Positions 28,558 through 45,345 of a stretch of 64,000 nucleotides of DNA are shown here, in pieces. Within the stretch, counting starts at the first letter, position 1; each line of letters begins with the position of its first letter. The stretch lies in assembly GCA_964016885.1 (NCBI GenBank), contig OZ024742.1:351416001-351480000 (forward strand), written 5' to 3'. This stretch comes from Eledone cirrhosa. Taxonomy: Eukaryota. Position numbers and translations under genes: made by a program. Below the pieces are notes generated by a model. It did not search any database. It was not told where the DNA came from and saw only the letters and a program-made list of their open reading frames with translations.

Positions 28558-31460
28558 TAAATATATATAAGTGTTTCACAAAAATACGTTGGAATGCAAA
28601 AGTAAACAACAACAACATCAATAATAACGGTAGTAGTAATACAAACAATAACTCTGAGTATAGAAATAACAGCCATAACAATAACAATAGCAGGACAGTG
28701 AGAAATAGTAATAATGGTAATAATACTAACGATAGACAGAACAACAACAACAACCACAATAATAATAACAATAGAAACATTAACCAGAGACACAGCAGCA
28801 GCGACCACAGTAGTAATAACTGTAACAATACGAATAACAACAACAATAACCACAGTGGTAATAATGGAAATAATACATGTAGCAACATTAATGATAGACA
28901 CAACAAAAACAAGAAACATAATAAAAGTAACAACCACAATGGTAGAAATAACAGTAACAACAACAATAACGGTGAAGTAAACAACAATACATCTAGCAAT
29001 CATAACAATAATAATAATGCTAATGATAGGAACAACAACAACCACCACGATAACAATAATAGCAACACACACAACTATGACAATAGATATAATGACAACC
29101 CCTTGGAGAAACTATTTTTCAACCCAGCTGACAAAATATATAAGATGGGTAATATCTATCCTACGAGGTTACCCTTTAATAAAAGAGTTTGCATACCACA
29201 GCAAATAGATGACGAGACAGAGACACAGTTCACCATAGCTAGAAATAAGATTAGACAAGTAGTAGACAGGTATACTAAGAGACAGAGCAGACCAGAGGCC
29301 CAACAAGTTGGGAGAAAACCTGTAGAAGGCTTGGTTAGACTCAAGCAGCGCACAAGGGATGGTGAGGTAGTATGTCTACTCACGGATAAGTCTGGTAGGA
29401 TGTCAATAGATAGCATCCCGAACTACATCAAGGCTATGCAACCCCACATCACCAACACGAGCGAAATTGCACAGCAAACAAATGATGGGAGAGAGAAAAT
29501 CCTCAACGCTCACATGATGATTTGGACTGACATCCTAAAGCCAAGCAGACGCACTGCCAACAACTTCCAGGCGTCAAACAATGGCATACCACACTTGTAT
29601 GTGTTCCGCAAAGACCACAAGGCAGTCGACGACCTGACAACAGGACCACCAACAAGACCCGTATGCGGAGCTAATATAGATAGCAACTACAGGATCTCCT
29701 ACTTCCTATCAATGGTTATACGCCCCATAATCAAGATGTCCCCAGATGTATGTGACAGTATAGAGGACCTCCTCAGCAGAATCAGTGAGTGCAACAAAAA
29801 CAGGAACCTATCCAACTGCATAATAGGCAGCATGGATGTGGTGTCACTGTCCCCATCCATTAACATTGATTTTGCTGTGGAAAAATGTGTGGAGATGATC
29901 ATTGAGAGTGAGGTGGAGTTCTGCGACGTCGACACATACGAACTGGGCCTCCTACTTAGACTTACCTACGACACTGACTACCTAGACAGCCATGACCATA
30001 GACGTTTCTGCCCTAGTAGACCCATAAGAAGTAGACACCCCACCATAACCTCAATGGCAAAAAAGACTCCCATGGGAAGGTGGATTGGGTGAACCAAAGA
30101 TATACGAACCCCCCCGAAACAATGATCAGGTAAGAAAAATGGTCGCACATGCAATAGGGGCTAGTATCAAAACTACCCTAAAGGGCCACATATTCAAGTT
30201 CAACGAGAAGATCTACACCCAAAATGAAGGAGCAGCCATTGGCGTCAGCATAGCTGGTGATGTTGCCAACCGTTTCATGGTATGGTGGGAAAGGAGACTT
30301 AAATATCTCCTTAATGAGAGCTCCATAGACCTCATCATGTACTCTCGTTACGTAGACGATATCAATATAGTTATAAGAACATCCCCACTAGAGAACACTA
30401 ACAAGTTTGATTTAGAACGTAGCACAATGGAAAGCATCCAGCAGATAGCTAATTCTATACACTCGAGTATAACTGTAACTATCGACTTCCCTTCCAAACA
30501 CCCTAACAATAGACTACCTGTATTAGACACGGAACTCTGGATTAACACTATAGACGAGAGAGCCCAAATTCTCCACTCACACTATGCTAAACCCATGGCC
30601 TCCAAATACCTGATACTCAAAAACTCAGCAATGTCCAGTAGTGCTAAGTTTAATATTCTGATCGCAGGTTTGGTACGAGGGATGAAGAATGTGTCCCGCA
30701 TGTGTGACCCAACATAAATGGAAAGACACACATCCAACACTTCATCAACCGCATGCAGTTCTCTGGCTACAACCAAAGAGACAGAGTCAGAGTATACGAA
30801 GGGGCCATGGAGAAGTATAAGACCCTCATAGAACTGGACATGGAAGGAATTTGCCCATTATACAGGAGCAAATCATGGAATAGCTTAGATAGGGCTAGAC
30901 ATAAGATAAGAAAAGCCACCTCGTGGTACGACAACCAGAGATACCAAAGTGTCATGTTTGTGGACGCTACCTCTGGAGGGAAATTAGCTAACCAGTGTAG
31001 AAAGGCCCTGAGAAAGACCCACTTAGAGATTAAGGTGGTAGCATAGCCAGAAACCACCATAAAGTCCCTGATCAGCAAAACCTACCCTTTTAAGAAAACC
31101 CACTTTACTAATAGGAAATGTATCATATGTAAAGTAAACCCCCGGTTAAACTGTAAAACTAGAAACGTAGTCTATAGCATAAGATGTACAGAGGGTACTT
31201 GCAGAAACATGACAACAACATACATAGGCGAGACAGCTCGTAGCATAGGTGAAAGGATACACCAACACCGGGGGAACTAAAAGGACGAAAAAATGGGTCA
31301 GTACTATACGAACATGCCAGAGAACAAGACGACGGTAACATAGACAACATAGAAATTAGAATAATATCTAAACATAGAAATGACCCAGCAAATAGGCAAA
31401 TCAGAGAGGCCAGTGAAATAGAAATTAGAAGGCCAAGACTAAACAGAAAAATGAATGGAA
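28558..31460 (+). pseudogene. PLE RT-GIY-YIG ORF broken by frameshifts and stops
   Basis: KCFTKIRW, Asn-rich tract, TDKSG, KDHK..PPTRPVCG, DVVSLSPSI, QNEGAAIG..ANRFMVWW, YSRYVDD, KPMAS, RMQFSGY, PLYRSKSW, CIIC, CKTRNVVYSIRC..YIGETARSIGER..H, RQIREASEI..PRLNRK. Breaks near 30090, 30717, 31046 and 31280. Confidence 0.92.
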
Positions 31461-31758
31461 TAAAAACAACACCCAAACAAACAACACTGATCTAAGAGAA
31501 GTATAAATAAATAAATAAATACATACACAAGCACAATAACAGCAAACACATATTAAAACACACTAGTATAGATAGAATACATTAACCGATACACAGTCAC
31601 CCAATCACGAACACACATCAAACAAAACACTATACACACACGCAAACGCATGCGCAAAGAAGACAAAATAAAATAAACAAACAAGCAAATAAATAGATAG
31701 ATGTATAGACGGACTAAAAATGGCGTAGACATACAATGTAACGGGAGGAAACAATAGC

Positions 31759-31800
31759 ACCACTGACGATGTTGCAGATGTGCAACGAAATATCTTTGAT
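31759..31800 (+). ncRNA. Type I hammerhead, family D, in the PLE 3' pLTR
   Basis: ACCA-CUGACGA-U-GUUGCA GAUG UGCAAC-GAAA-UAUCUU-UGAU. Confidence 0.75.
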
Positions 31801-32003
31801 AAACTATATATATATGTGTTTGTGTCTATATTGTATCTGTTTTATTTTTGACCGTCGGTCAGTCAATGGCAACATTGAGGACCGAATAAATTAGATTACC
31901 GATATAAAAGACACAGAAGCGAAAAGCGAAAACCAACCAAACAGTGAGTGTGTTCTGTTATTAATTCTGGCAATATTGCACAAATATGACCCTCCCCAAG
32001 TAT

Positions 32004-32070
<67 letters not shown>

Positions 32071-32562
32071 TAATATATAAGAACAAAAGATGGTTAAAAG
32101 AGTTCCATGTGTTTTATTATGCGCATTTCAAAAACAAACATCATCATGCAATAATATTTGTGTTTTCATCAGATAAAACAGGAACACATGATATGAAGGT
32201 TAAAAAACACTTGTGGATAGTGAAGTTTTAAATCAACATATGAGAAGTAGTTTTATATTGATGTGTGATATTGGGAAAAAATATTTTATTTTGAGGGGGG
32301 TAGGGTGGAAAGGATGAAAAAGAGGAGGAGATTAGAGTAAAAAGTGGAGAGGGAGGAGTATAATGAGGAAGGGTGAGATAGGAGGAGAGATGGGTGATAG
32401 AGAGAGAGATAGCTTTTATAACTGAGAAAGATATATTATTTTACATAGAGAGGTTGAAAACCGTTGTAAGATAATGTATAAATTAAAAGAATTTGAAAAT
32501 TAACGAAGAGAAAAATAATGTAAAGTTAAGGTTTGTATATTGAGGGGTTTAATATCAAGACA

Positions 32563-32952
32563 ATGGTTGTTGATAAAAACTTAATTTACGAATGTAAAGT
32601 TATAACTGACACCAATTCCTTCACCTATTTTGGCTCCACTTCCACCTTTTTTAAAGCTCGTCTTTATAACCATCATTCGTCTTTTAAATACAAACTTAAA
32701 AGAAGCAACACGGCTCCCTCAGAACTCATATGGTCCTTGAAAGATAAACATATTAAATATAGCATCTTTTGGAAGAAGGTTTCTTCTGCGTCTCCATGCT
32801 TGAACAGTTCTCTATCCAAAATTTGCAATCTCTGTCTAAATGAAAATTTTACCATTATATCTGATTTAGATTCTATAATAAATAGACGCACTGACTTGTT
32901 TTCTATCTGCTTGCATAAATTCCACAAAACATTCCACAAAGTATACAGCTAA
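32563..32952 (+). pseudogene. GIY-YIG endonuclease remnant (Hydra-like PLE)
   Basis: NLIYECKV..TYFGSTSTFFKARLYNHHSSFK..IWSLK..W..CNLCLNE..INRRTDLFSICLHK. Confidence 0.85.
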
Positions 32953-33280
32953 TATCCAAATCTTTATCAATTTAGAATTTTTTTCTCAAAGGCACATATA
33001 TATATATACACTTCTTTAAAAATATACCCATCTTCCTATCTTCTTTCAAAGGCTATTATACATTCTATAATACTTGTTACTCATTCTATATCGCTCCTAT
33101 TTATCACTTCCCTTTTTTCTCTCATCTCCTCCTCTTTTTCATCCTCTCCACCCCCCACCCCACCCCCTCAAAATAAAATATTTTTCCCAATATCACACAT
33201 CAATCTAAAACTACTTCTCATATGTTGATTTAAAACTGCACTATCCAGAAGTGTTTTTTAACCTTCATATCATGTCTTCC

Positions 33281-33351
33281 TGTTTTATCTGATGAAAACA
33301 CAAATATTATTGCGTGATGATGTTTGTTTTTGAAATGCGCATAATAAAATA
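33281..33351 (+). ncRNA. Type I minimal hammerhead, family H (canonical core)
   Basis: UGUUUUAU-CUGAUGA-long GU-rich stem II-GAAA-U GCGC AUA-AUAAAAUA; inverted copy at 32110-32180. Confidence 0.85.
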
Positions 33352-33474
33352 CATGGAACTCATTTAACCAACTTTTGTTCTTATATATTATGTATACTCC
33401 AGTCCTACAAACTGTAGAGTGCTTCTTATCCGATATCTGCATTGCTTTATTGTACTACAATAAAACTCACCTCC

Positions 33475-33512
<38 letters not shown>

Positions 33513-33656
33513 CAAGTAAGACCCCGACGGCTGAGCTCAAGCCGTTTCGACGATGACCTGCACACTTACTTGTTCCTATTACCCACTCTACTACCCTAAG
33601 TATTGAGTACTTTGGTGCGTTATGGTCAACCTGGTTCCATACCACATTTCCTTCGT

Positions 33657-33690
<34 letters not shown>

Positions 33691-33691
33691 A

Positions 33692-33722
<31 letters not shown>

Positions 33723-35008
33723 TACAGACTGTATACAAAAATGTATACACAATCTAAAACCATTCTAACAAATATTGTCTCTACAGGTAATCAAAGATCA
33801 AAGTATCTATAAGTATGTTGGGGGGAGAACCTGTATATTTCGCTTCCTATCTGTAACTAATATATTACCGGCAATAAGGGTTGTTTGATAAACACTAGTA
33901 ATGCTGGATTCAATTCATACTACTCATACTTAACATGATTTCTGAATATATTGATTCAGTCATTAATACAATCGAATATATTTCTTTATAGTAGATTACT
34001 TAGTGTTTTAGGGTTTGTTATTCAATCTTTTAAAGGCAGAGTATCTTAGAGATGTAAAAGTACAGAAATATATTCCTCGATGTTGTGTAGAGCGCGTGAG
34101 GTTTAAGTTAAATAATCTCAACCGAGTCAATAATCAAGAATGTGAGAATATAAAGCTTACAGCATATTGATTTGCCATTTGACATTGCTTTTTTAAAACC
34201 TTATAGAGTCAGCTTTTGTATTCTAGTGTTTGAGTTCAATAAAATATGTATTAGAAATGTGTAGTGATTGATTTAATCGATCATATGTAAAGTTGTCTTG
34301 CTACACTGTAAGAGATATTCGCATTTAATCTGAAAGTTATTCTTTCCAGAACACTCATAAACCCGAAACAGAAGTCTTATCTCTAGTTACATTGCACTTT
34401 AAGATTGAATGTAGACCATCCTCGATATGTATATAAAACGTTTTCTTTGAAATAGGGGAACAAGATCCCCGTATATTATTTTAAAATGTAGGACAACACA
34501 AGAAATGTTTTTTCCTAGAATAATACATTCATTTCAGCCGAGTTACTAAGATCATGTCATTGGTCTCTATGTTACGGTTACGTGTAAATTATTGACTACA
34601 TTATAACAAAGACAGACATATGAGGAGATGTACATGCAATGAAATATAAAAGCAATCAGCCAGAAATATATAATTAAGTAAGTAAAAGCAGCCATTGGTT
34701 ATAGTTAAAGGGTCAGCACCCTATCATGTGGAGTCGAAATAAGTATTTGCCTTTCACTGAACAGTGCCTTGTCAGTAAGGTTAATGCATAAACCTCTCTA
34801 ATATGTATGTACATATATATATAAGTTTATCTCGGGTTCAATCAGGGGTATCCACAGTAAGTAAGGTACTCAATGCAAAGCAGAGTCTAAATATTTAATA
34901 TAGAAATGGCTTCTTCAGGACTAGAACTGTTTCATTCGTGAGAAATCACCAGGAAGTGCTTCATGATGATTTATCACGAAGGAAACAGTTCTAATCTTGT
35001 AGGAGCTC

Positions 35009-35044
<36 letters not shown>

Positions 35045-35094
35045 CCATCGATCGACTTTCGTCAAAATGGACCAAGCAAACACTGTTTCCGTTG

Positions 35095-35256
35095 GTCTCT
35101 CCAATTGTTAATACTATCTATCAGTCGCAACTACAGGTATAAGGAACAATTAGAAAATCAAGTGTCTTGCCCAAGTGCCTAACTCATCACCTGATCTGGG
35201 AATGAAATTCAAAACCTCACGATTTCTAATCCAATAGTCTAACCACTAGACCATAT
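35095..35256 (-). mobile_element. Diverged S2-like SINE
   Basis: aagtgtcttgcccaag..ctaaccactagaccat is the reverse complement of a tRNA-like head plus core. Confidence 0.55.
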
Positions 35257-35724
35257 ACGTGTGTGTGTGTGTTCCATCTTTCTCTTAATTTTGAGTTTAT
35301 TATTGACCGGTCGCCTTCCCGGTGACAAGGTTGTAAGGCGAAAAAATTGTCGTCGTCCCTTGTATAGTTGTTCATCCATAGAACGTAATATTATTTTACA
35401 TCCTCACTATTCTAGGGGCCTTAAGTGGGAAAGGACGAATGAAGTTTGGCAAAGATTCACTTTGACACTTAAATTACCCAATTGTTTTTTTGTTGTACTT
35501 GAACGTAGCATGGGTTTAAACATGAACCAACAATGAAATTATAAACATCAATTTCCATTCTTATGACATTTTTCTTTACTATTATTTTTCCAAGAAATGA
35601 TATATATTTCAAAGTTTGTATGCAACTATTTTATACATTTATTATAGACATTTGGAAGTGTTTTATGTGCAGTGCACACTTAAATATCAATATATTTAAT
35701 AATACTTACATAACTACATACATT

Positions 35725-38200
<2,476 letters not shown>

Positions 38201-38334
38201 TTAGGGAAGCAGAAAATTGCTTATTGTAATCCAGTTCGCGTTTAAGAAAGCCAGTTTCATGGACGGTTTCAACGTACAGTTAGGGGTAACTCCACAAGTT
38301 TGTAAGAATTTCGTTCAATCTTGGAGTATAAAGT

Positions 38335-39130
38335 ATAAAAGAGAAAACACAGGTAGGCATTAAGAGAAGGATTTTATCCAGGTGTTTACGACCGTTTCAT
38401 TGGTAAGTGCAACCTTATGTTGCTATACTGCAAATAGCAGCCACTCAATTAAAGTTGTTGTTCACGTCCAAATTTTCAAAATAGTGAGTAAGTTACTCTT
38501 GAAATAGTTCTTAGTATATAGAGAAAAACATTTTTGGGGAATTGTATTTACTAGTATAAAGAGAGAGGAAGAGGCATTAGAAAGTGAGGGGACAAACGGA
38601 ATAGTATAGAGAGAGAGGAAGGGGGAGAAATGTTAGGATGTAGAATGTCAAATTGAGATGGAGGGAGGGGTAGAGGTGGAAGTATTCCTTGATCAGTTTT
38701 GATACGTAGACTTCATGTAGTCTATTGTAGTGAGTTAAAGAGAATTAAATTGATCATAGTGGGAGGGATGGAGAGAGAGAGAAAGAGAGAGAGGCAGGAG
38801 GTTTAAAGAGATAACCATAGGCTTAAAGAAAAGTGTTCGCACTACAAGTGCACATCGAACCCTTAACCTCTCACTACCAACTGACAAACTGCATATACTT
38901 AGACTTTATACCCTCTTATTGTATCTAACTCCTTTAATTACCCATAAAAAACAATACCTATATCCCTCCCTTCTCCGTCATTCATATTCTATTTCTTCGT
39001 TTTCGTCCTTTCTTCCCTCCCCTTTTTGGCTATCTTTTCTTTTCTTCTCTCTCCGCCCTTCTTTACTTTTAATTTTATCATTATTATTTTTATCTTTATT
39101 TTTTATATATATATTTTTCTCTTTATATCT

Positions 39131-39173
<43 letters not shown>

Positions 39174-39612
39174 TCCTCCCATTATGATCAATTTAATTCT
39201 CTTTAACTCACTACAATGGACGACATGAAGTCTACGTATCAAAACTGATCAAGGAATTGTTCCACCTCTACCCTTTCCCCATCTCAGTTTGTCACTCTAC
39301 TTCCTAACTCTTCTCCCCCTACCTGTCTCTCTCTCTATACTATTCCGTTTGTCCCCTCACATTCTAATTCCTGTTCCTCTCTCTCTATACTAGTAAATGC
39401 AATTAAAAAAAACGATTTTTCTCTATATATTAAGAACTATTTCAAGAGTAACTTACTCACTATTTTGAAAATTTGGATGTGAACAACAATTATAATTGAG
39501 TGGCTGCTATTTGCAGTATAGCAATATAAGGTTGCACTTACTAATGAAACGGTCGTAAATACCTGGATAAAATCCTTCTCTTAATTTTTACCTGTGTTTT
39601 CTCTTTTTTATA
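38335..39612 (+). mobile_element. Fold-back PLE remnant (family I), ~450-bp inverted arms
   Basis: 38335-38790 is the reverse complement of ~39150-39612. Hammerhead at 39461-39561 (UAUU-UUGAAAA-long stem II-GAAAC-GGUC-GUA-AAUA) and 38383-38483 (-). Confidence 0.75.
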
Positions 39613-40394
39613 TATATATAATCATGCGCGCGTATGGTGTATGTGTGGAGCATTATATAAACATTCATTTGAAGGTTAAGTGGTGAGAACCCATATGTTA
39701 TTGTAATACATCATGATAAAGCGGTTGTTGAATAATAGCAAGCATGGATTGGAATAAAACCACTTCAACAACTATCGTTGTTTCCATTATATTTACGTTA
39801 ATATTTTTCACATCTTAAAACATGTTGCAGGTGTTTTACTTATTATAGAATATAAATTACATGTTTTATCTGGTTATTCCATTGAAATTGTTTTCGATAT
39901 AAACAAGCGCTGCTACAATCGACAAGAATAATAATTGTTTCTACGTTCGGCACAAGAGCAGCAATTAACCAGTGCATTACTTTTACTTTATATCATCGAC
40001 CCCGTAATGATGAAAGGCACCGCTAGAAATAGCACCAAATCATACCCCATTCCACACTCGAAACAATTCGAAATGGAGACCAATAAAAAAAAAAACTTTT
40101 TATATATATGATATATGATTAATTAGAAAAGACAGAATAATTACAATCTGAACGATATTTATCACATTTTGAGGAACCAGTGTGGACATATTATGAAAGC
40201 AATATAATTAACCGTAATGACAAGAACAACATCCGGAAAAGAACTACACATGTTAGAAATGACATTTAACTAATGACATTTAACTAAACTTTACATTCAA
40301 TTATGGTTTGAAACTTGTTCTACACAGTCGCATACACTCATACTAGAATATAGTAGTTCCATGCATACTAACACAACACATACGTATAGTGATG

Positions 40395-40435
<41 letters not shown>

Positions 40436-40565
40436 TAAGATAAGCAGAACAAGTAAAATTCAATCAATTTTTCAAAATACATTAAAAAATATAATATAAA
40501 TATTTACCTCTTCTAGTGGCCCTTACTGATCAGTTTCGCTTTGTAAAACCTCATAAATCCGATGG

Positions 40566-40621
<56 letters not shown>

Positions 40622-40624
<3 letters not shown>

Positions 40625-40900
40625 CAAGACCACGACTGCTGAGCTGAAGCCGTTTCGACGGTTATTTCTGGACTCGGATATATATATATATAACGAAGGA
40701 AGTGTGGTAAGGAGCCAGATGTACCATAACGCACCAGTGTACTCGATACTTAGTGTAGTAGAGTGGGTTATAGGAAAAGAGTAGGGACTCCGACGACTGA
40801 ACTCCGGTCATTTCGACAGCTAGATCGGAACTCGGATCCGTTCGGATATAGTTGCCGAAACGGCCGGAGCTCAGCCGTTGGGATCCTGACTCTTTTTCGA
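40622..40900 (+). mobile_element. Family G pLTR remnant with inverted piece
   Basis: GAAAC-GGC..GAGCUCAGCC-GUU-GGGAUCCU at ~40857-40888; inverted pieces at 40622-40680 and 33510-33560. Confidence 0.6.
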
Positions 40901-40904
40901 TATT

Positions 40905-40961
<57 letters not shown>

Positions 40962-40974
40962 TGTTTCAATTAAT

Positions 40975-41316
40975 TAATTGTTTCCACTTTTGGCACAAGG
41001 CCAGCAATTATTTTAGTGCATTACTGGTACATTATTTTATCGACCCTGTAAGGATGAAAGGCAAAGTTATCCTCGGCGGGATTTGAATTCAGACCATAAA
41101 GGGCCGTGAATCTATGCTGCAAATCATAGCGCCCGACACCCTGCCGATACTGCCAATCCACAGCCTTTGTTTCAAGCAATTAATTGTTTCTACTTTAGGC
41201 ACAATGCCAGCAAATACCCAGTGCATTACTAGTACTTTATTTTATCGACCCCTTAAGGATGGAAGGCAAAATCAACCTCAGCGGGATTTGAACTCAGATC
41301 GTTAAGGGACGTAACT
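40975..41316 (-). mobile_element. Two tandem S1 SINEs
   Basis: Two reverse-complement cores. Confidence 0.85.
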
Positions 41317-41966
41317 ATGCTAAGAAATTAATGAGGAATGTTTTGTTAAGCTATACGAGGTAAATAATTTCATTACCAATGCAGAGAATTTAGCAAATAT
41401 ATTGTATTACTGAGATTAGAAAATAAAACTACTTCGCATTTTTCATGTGGAACAACACCGAATATATGAATCATAAGATGTGTGAATAATGTAATGAACT
41501 AGAGTGAAAACAGAATAATTAATTCCAGCAAATTAAGAAACTCAGATTATTTAGTGCATACAATGATTATGCTCTAGTACCTATATATTAATAATTGAAG
41601 CTGCTAATGACAGAAATTCCAAAAGGTGTACCGTTCTTACCAATTCGATAAAAACTACTACGAATGAGTAGAAGTGTCGTCTCGCACTCGCTCTATCTAC
41701 TTTCCTACATATTTGTCTATATATTTACCAGTCTTTCTTTCTACCCATTAAAAAGAACACGTCACCCCACGTATAAATGCCAACAGAATTCACATTCTAC
41801 CAAACACACACATACACATTCACATAAACAATCATAGATACACACACCCACACACATTCATACATACAATGACGGACAAGCAAGCACACACACACGCACA
41901 CAATTGACATTCCCATACCGTGTTGAAATCTCTCATGTCCGCCATAATCAGCACATTATCCAAAAG

Positions 41967-42114
41967 GGCGATGGATTGGTAGTATCGGTAGATTTACGGT
42001 CTGAGTTCAAATGCCGCTGAGGGGAACTTTTCCTTTCATCCTTACAGGGGCAATAAAACAAAGTACCAGTAATGCACTGGGATAATTGCTGGTCTCGTGC
42101 CAAACATAGAAACA
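41967..42114 (+). mobile_element. S1 SINE (internally deleted) with TSD
   Basis: ATTATCCAAAAG at 41955-41966 and 42115-42126. Confidence 0.8.
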
Positions 42115-42944
42115 ATTATCCAAAAGAGATAAAGATCATCTGATTCAGGTATGTCAGTGTTTCAGAAATCATATTGAAGCACATAAGTTTTAGCAGGGTC
42201 AAAAGTGTTAATATCTTGTCAGTAGGAAGCCTGACATGGCTGATAATTTCCAGTGCGAGCCAGAGATTAGGGATGAGGGACTAGGAAACACTTTCACAGA
42301 AATGTAATAATCTACTGGAACAGCAGTTTCGATATAGTTTACGATATGCACCTGCTATCCAATAATTTCTCTTAAACTTGTACGGGATAATACTAACATA
42401 TAAACGTGAACATATATATGAGTTAAATCATGTTAATAGAGAAGGCAGTGTGGCGTTTCACAAGTCCAATAATTCATAGTAACGTCATTTGATAAGCTGC
42501 GCTGTGACAACATTTACACGTATGAAGAAGAATTTGCCAGCACTAAAGCAAATGAATCGAAATCAAAAATAATAGCATCGCTATCGTCACAAAATATCGA
42601 TAAGGAACTTCACTCCTTTCACAAATCCTATAATAATATAAATGTGGTAATATTTAGATAATCTGATATATTTCCTTAATTAAAAATAACTGCTAATGTT
42701 ATTAGCAAATTCTGTGTGAAAATAGCAGTAACGTACAGAAAATATATGAGTTGATTGAATTTGATAGGATATGTAATAATGTATTGCTGAAATTTACATT
42801 TCTTGCAGAATAGCAAGGGAAATAAATACATGCTAATGAATAATATATTAACTGCAAGTTAATATTTCCTAAAATATATAATTTGTATGTATGTATGTAT
42901 ACGTTTTTGTCTATATGCTTATATACATGTAGATATGTGTGTGT

Positions 42945-42997
<53 letters not shown>

Positions 42998-42999
<2 letters not shown>

Positions 43000-43447
43000 A
43001 AGTTTTATTTAAATTGTTGGGTTACAACAAGTAAATATTTATAACTGATATAAAAGCACTCAACAAGTATTTGGAGTATATTTACGATATTAAATAAATG
43101 GAAACTATATTTATAAAACCATATTTATTTCATTATATATATTTCAGGGATATCATATTAAAAATATGGTATGCCTTCATCAGACAAAATACAATATACA
43201 ATATACAATATAAACAGTCTTATAAATAGATAGATTTGACATACCTTACAACTTCAACTTCCATTCAAATCAACTTTTTAAATGGAAGTTGAAGTTGTAA
43301 GGTATGTCAAATCTATCTATTTATAAGACTGTTTATATTGTATTTTGTCTGATGAAGGCATACCATATTTTTAATATGATATCCCTGAAATATATATAAT
43401 GAAATAAATATGGTTTTATAAATATAGTTTCCATTTATTTAATATCG

Positions 43448-43449
<2 letters not shown>
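42998..43449. mobile_element. Family A fold-back pair with two hammerheads
   Basis: Arms ~43084-43265 and ~43281-43449; CUGAUGA at 43349 (+) and ~43177-43183 (-). Confidence 0.85.
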
Positions 43450-43478
<29 letters not shown>

Positions 43479-44779
43479 GACAGGGAGATATGTGTTGGAA
43501 CAAGTTAGACAGTATATGTAAAATATGTATTACTTTTTCGTACTTTATATAATATTATTGTTGACGTTCTTAATGTTCATTAAATTATTTTACTCTCCAA
43601 TTATATATGTGTTGGATACATTTTGATATGTGCTGATATTTGCAAAGTTACTGTAAACGTGCCTCGGTAGATTTTGAAAGTTTAGAATATTTTTTGTGGA
43701 AAACGTATAATAGAAAGTTAGTTGTATTGGTTCAGAATACCCTACATCATATAAGCAATATTTTCAGCTTCAGTGATGTATATATTCACTACGTTTGGGG
43801 TAATGTGACGTTTTATTTATGTTGAAGCAGTGTTTGAAATGAGAAAGCGATGGTGGAATATACACAAAAGAGAGAAGGAAATAATTAAAAAAACAAAAAA
43901 CAAACCTAATGACAAATTTGTTCTTCATATATTCGTATTTTTCGGCAATTTCCTATCTCGGTATTATATCGTATAATATATTTAGGAATCTGTACTGTTA
44001 TGATATGTTATTTACTATGTATATGTCTATATCCTATTGTCAATTTCACGAACAAGCAATGCTATCTATCACTTAAGTTTCGTACGGATCATAAACTGCA
44101 AAGAACACAATCCGTATCATAAATGCCGATATCTGGGAAATTGCTGATCATATATCGTATAATTGTGACAGTCAGGATTCTTGTACGATATTTGATGTTA
44201 TAACAACAAAAACATTGACGCTGGTGCCATAAAACTTAACGCCTTACTCTGGTAAGGTGCGTTTATACTATCGAATTATTTTTCACTAACAAAACACAGA
44301 TTGCCCTTTCATTTAAAATCTGATTCGAGAGTGAACATTTTATTGTATTTATTCATGGAATAATTATTTATGTCAGTAACTCATGTTCTACCAGGTGAAA
44401 CAATATCGCGATTTCAGTTTTCTAGATACCCTATTTGATATTGTAAATTAACACATACAACTACAATAGCAACGCACTGTACAGACTCCCACATCACTAT
44501 TAATTACATAAGATTTCTAAACGAAGTAATATTCTTATTTTAATATAACACAATTCGTTCTCACGAGAAGATTAATAGTTTAATAGTAGTTAATTATAAT
44601 TGAGGTATACTATCACATTTCGTTAGGGATATCTTGAAAGGTTTTCAGGCACAGTAGTTGTTCCTGAATTAAAATGAAAACCGCTTAATTGGAGGGGACC
44701 TCTATTTTCAAATCTACTACAGCATGAAATGTACAATCGAAGTGCTTTCTTCATGTTCGTCTTCTTATTCGCCTTTTCT

Positions 44780-44958
<179 letters not shown>

Positions 44959-44989
44959 TTTCATCAGAGTTTTCTTATTTTTCATCTTC

Positions 44990-45345
44990 TTCATCTTCTT
45001 TTCATCCTCCTCCTCCTATGTATTGCCGAGAGGGTCGGGGCGGCAGTGTCTGCAAAAAATCCTTCCAGTGGATAATCTCAGAAGCCTCCATTTCAACTGA
45101 GGCCCTTGGATCCCCAAGGATGACCAGCTGAGTTCATTGATGTTTTCCAGCCATCTTGCTTGATATCTACCCCTATATCCCCTCCCTGTTAGATTTGCCC
45201 ATGAAATATTCCAGCGAGTTATTTTCTCCAAAGTATCTGAGCTGTGATCTCTCAATTCTGAGAAGCAACGGCTCTCCGTCTTCCTCTTAAACTATCACGG
45301 TGGTTATGAAAGAGATTCCAGTAATGTAGTCTTTCTTCAGATAGC
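44990..45345 (-). pseudogene. RTE-clade (Rex3/Expander-like) LINE 3' end
   Basis: EPLLLRIERSQLRYFG..GRGYRGRYQARWLENI..TLPPRP; same type as 24930-25258. Confidence 0.75.

Larger units (their letters stand above)
28200..32010 (+). mobile_element. Near-full-length degenerate Penelope-like retroelement (Naiad-like, family D)
   Basis: RT and C-terminal GIY-YIG, 3' pLTR with hammerhead, ends in (TA)n. The 5' boundary is uncertain. Confidence 0.9.
32070..33392 (+). mobile_element. 5'-truncated Hydra-like PLE: inverted pLTR, GIY-YIG, pLTR (family H)
   Basis: 32070-32330 is the reverse complement of ~33122-33392; the EN remnant lies between them. Confidence 0.88.

Noticed and set aside
28530-29072. 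Hydrophobic membrane-protein-like ORFs on the minus strand
   Set aside because: They are antisense shadows of the AAC/AAT-rich tract.
30085-30092. In-frame TGA as selenocysteine (reported for some Naiad PLEs)
   Set aside because: Homology continues in a different frame, so this is a frameshift. The other breaks are TAA/TAG, and I saw no convincing SECIS.
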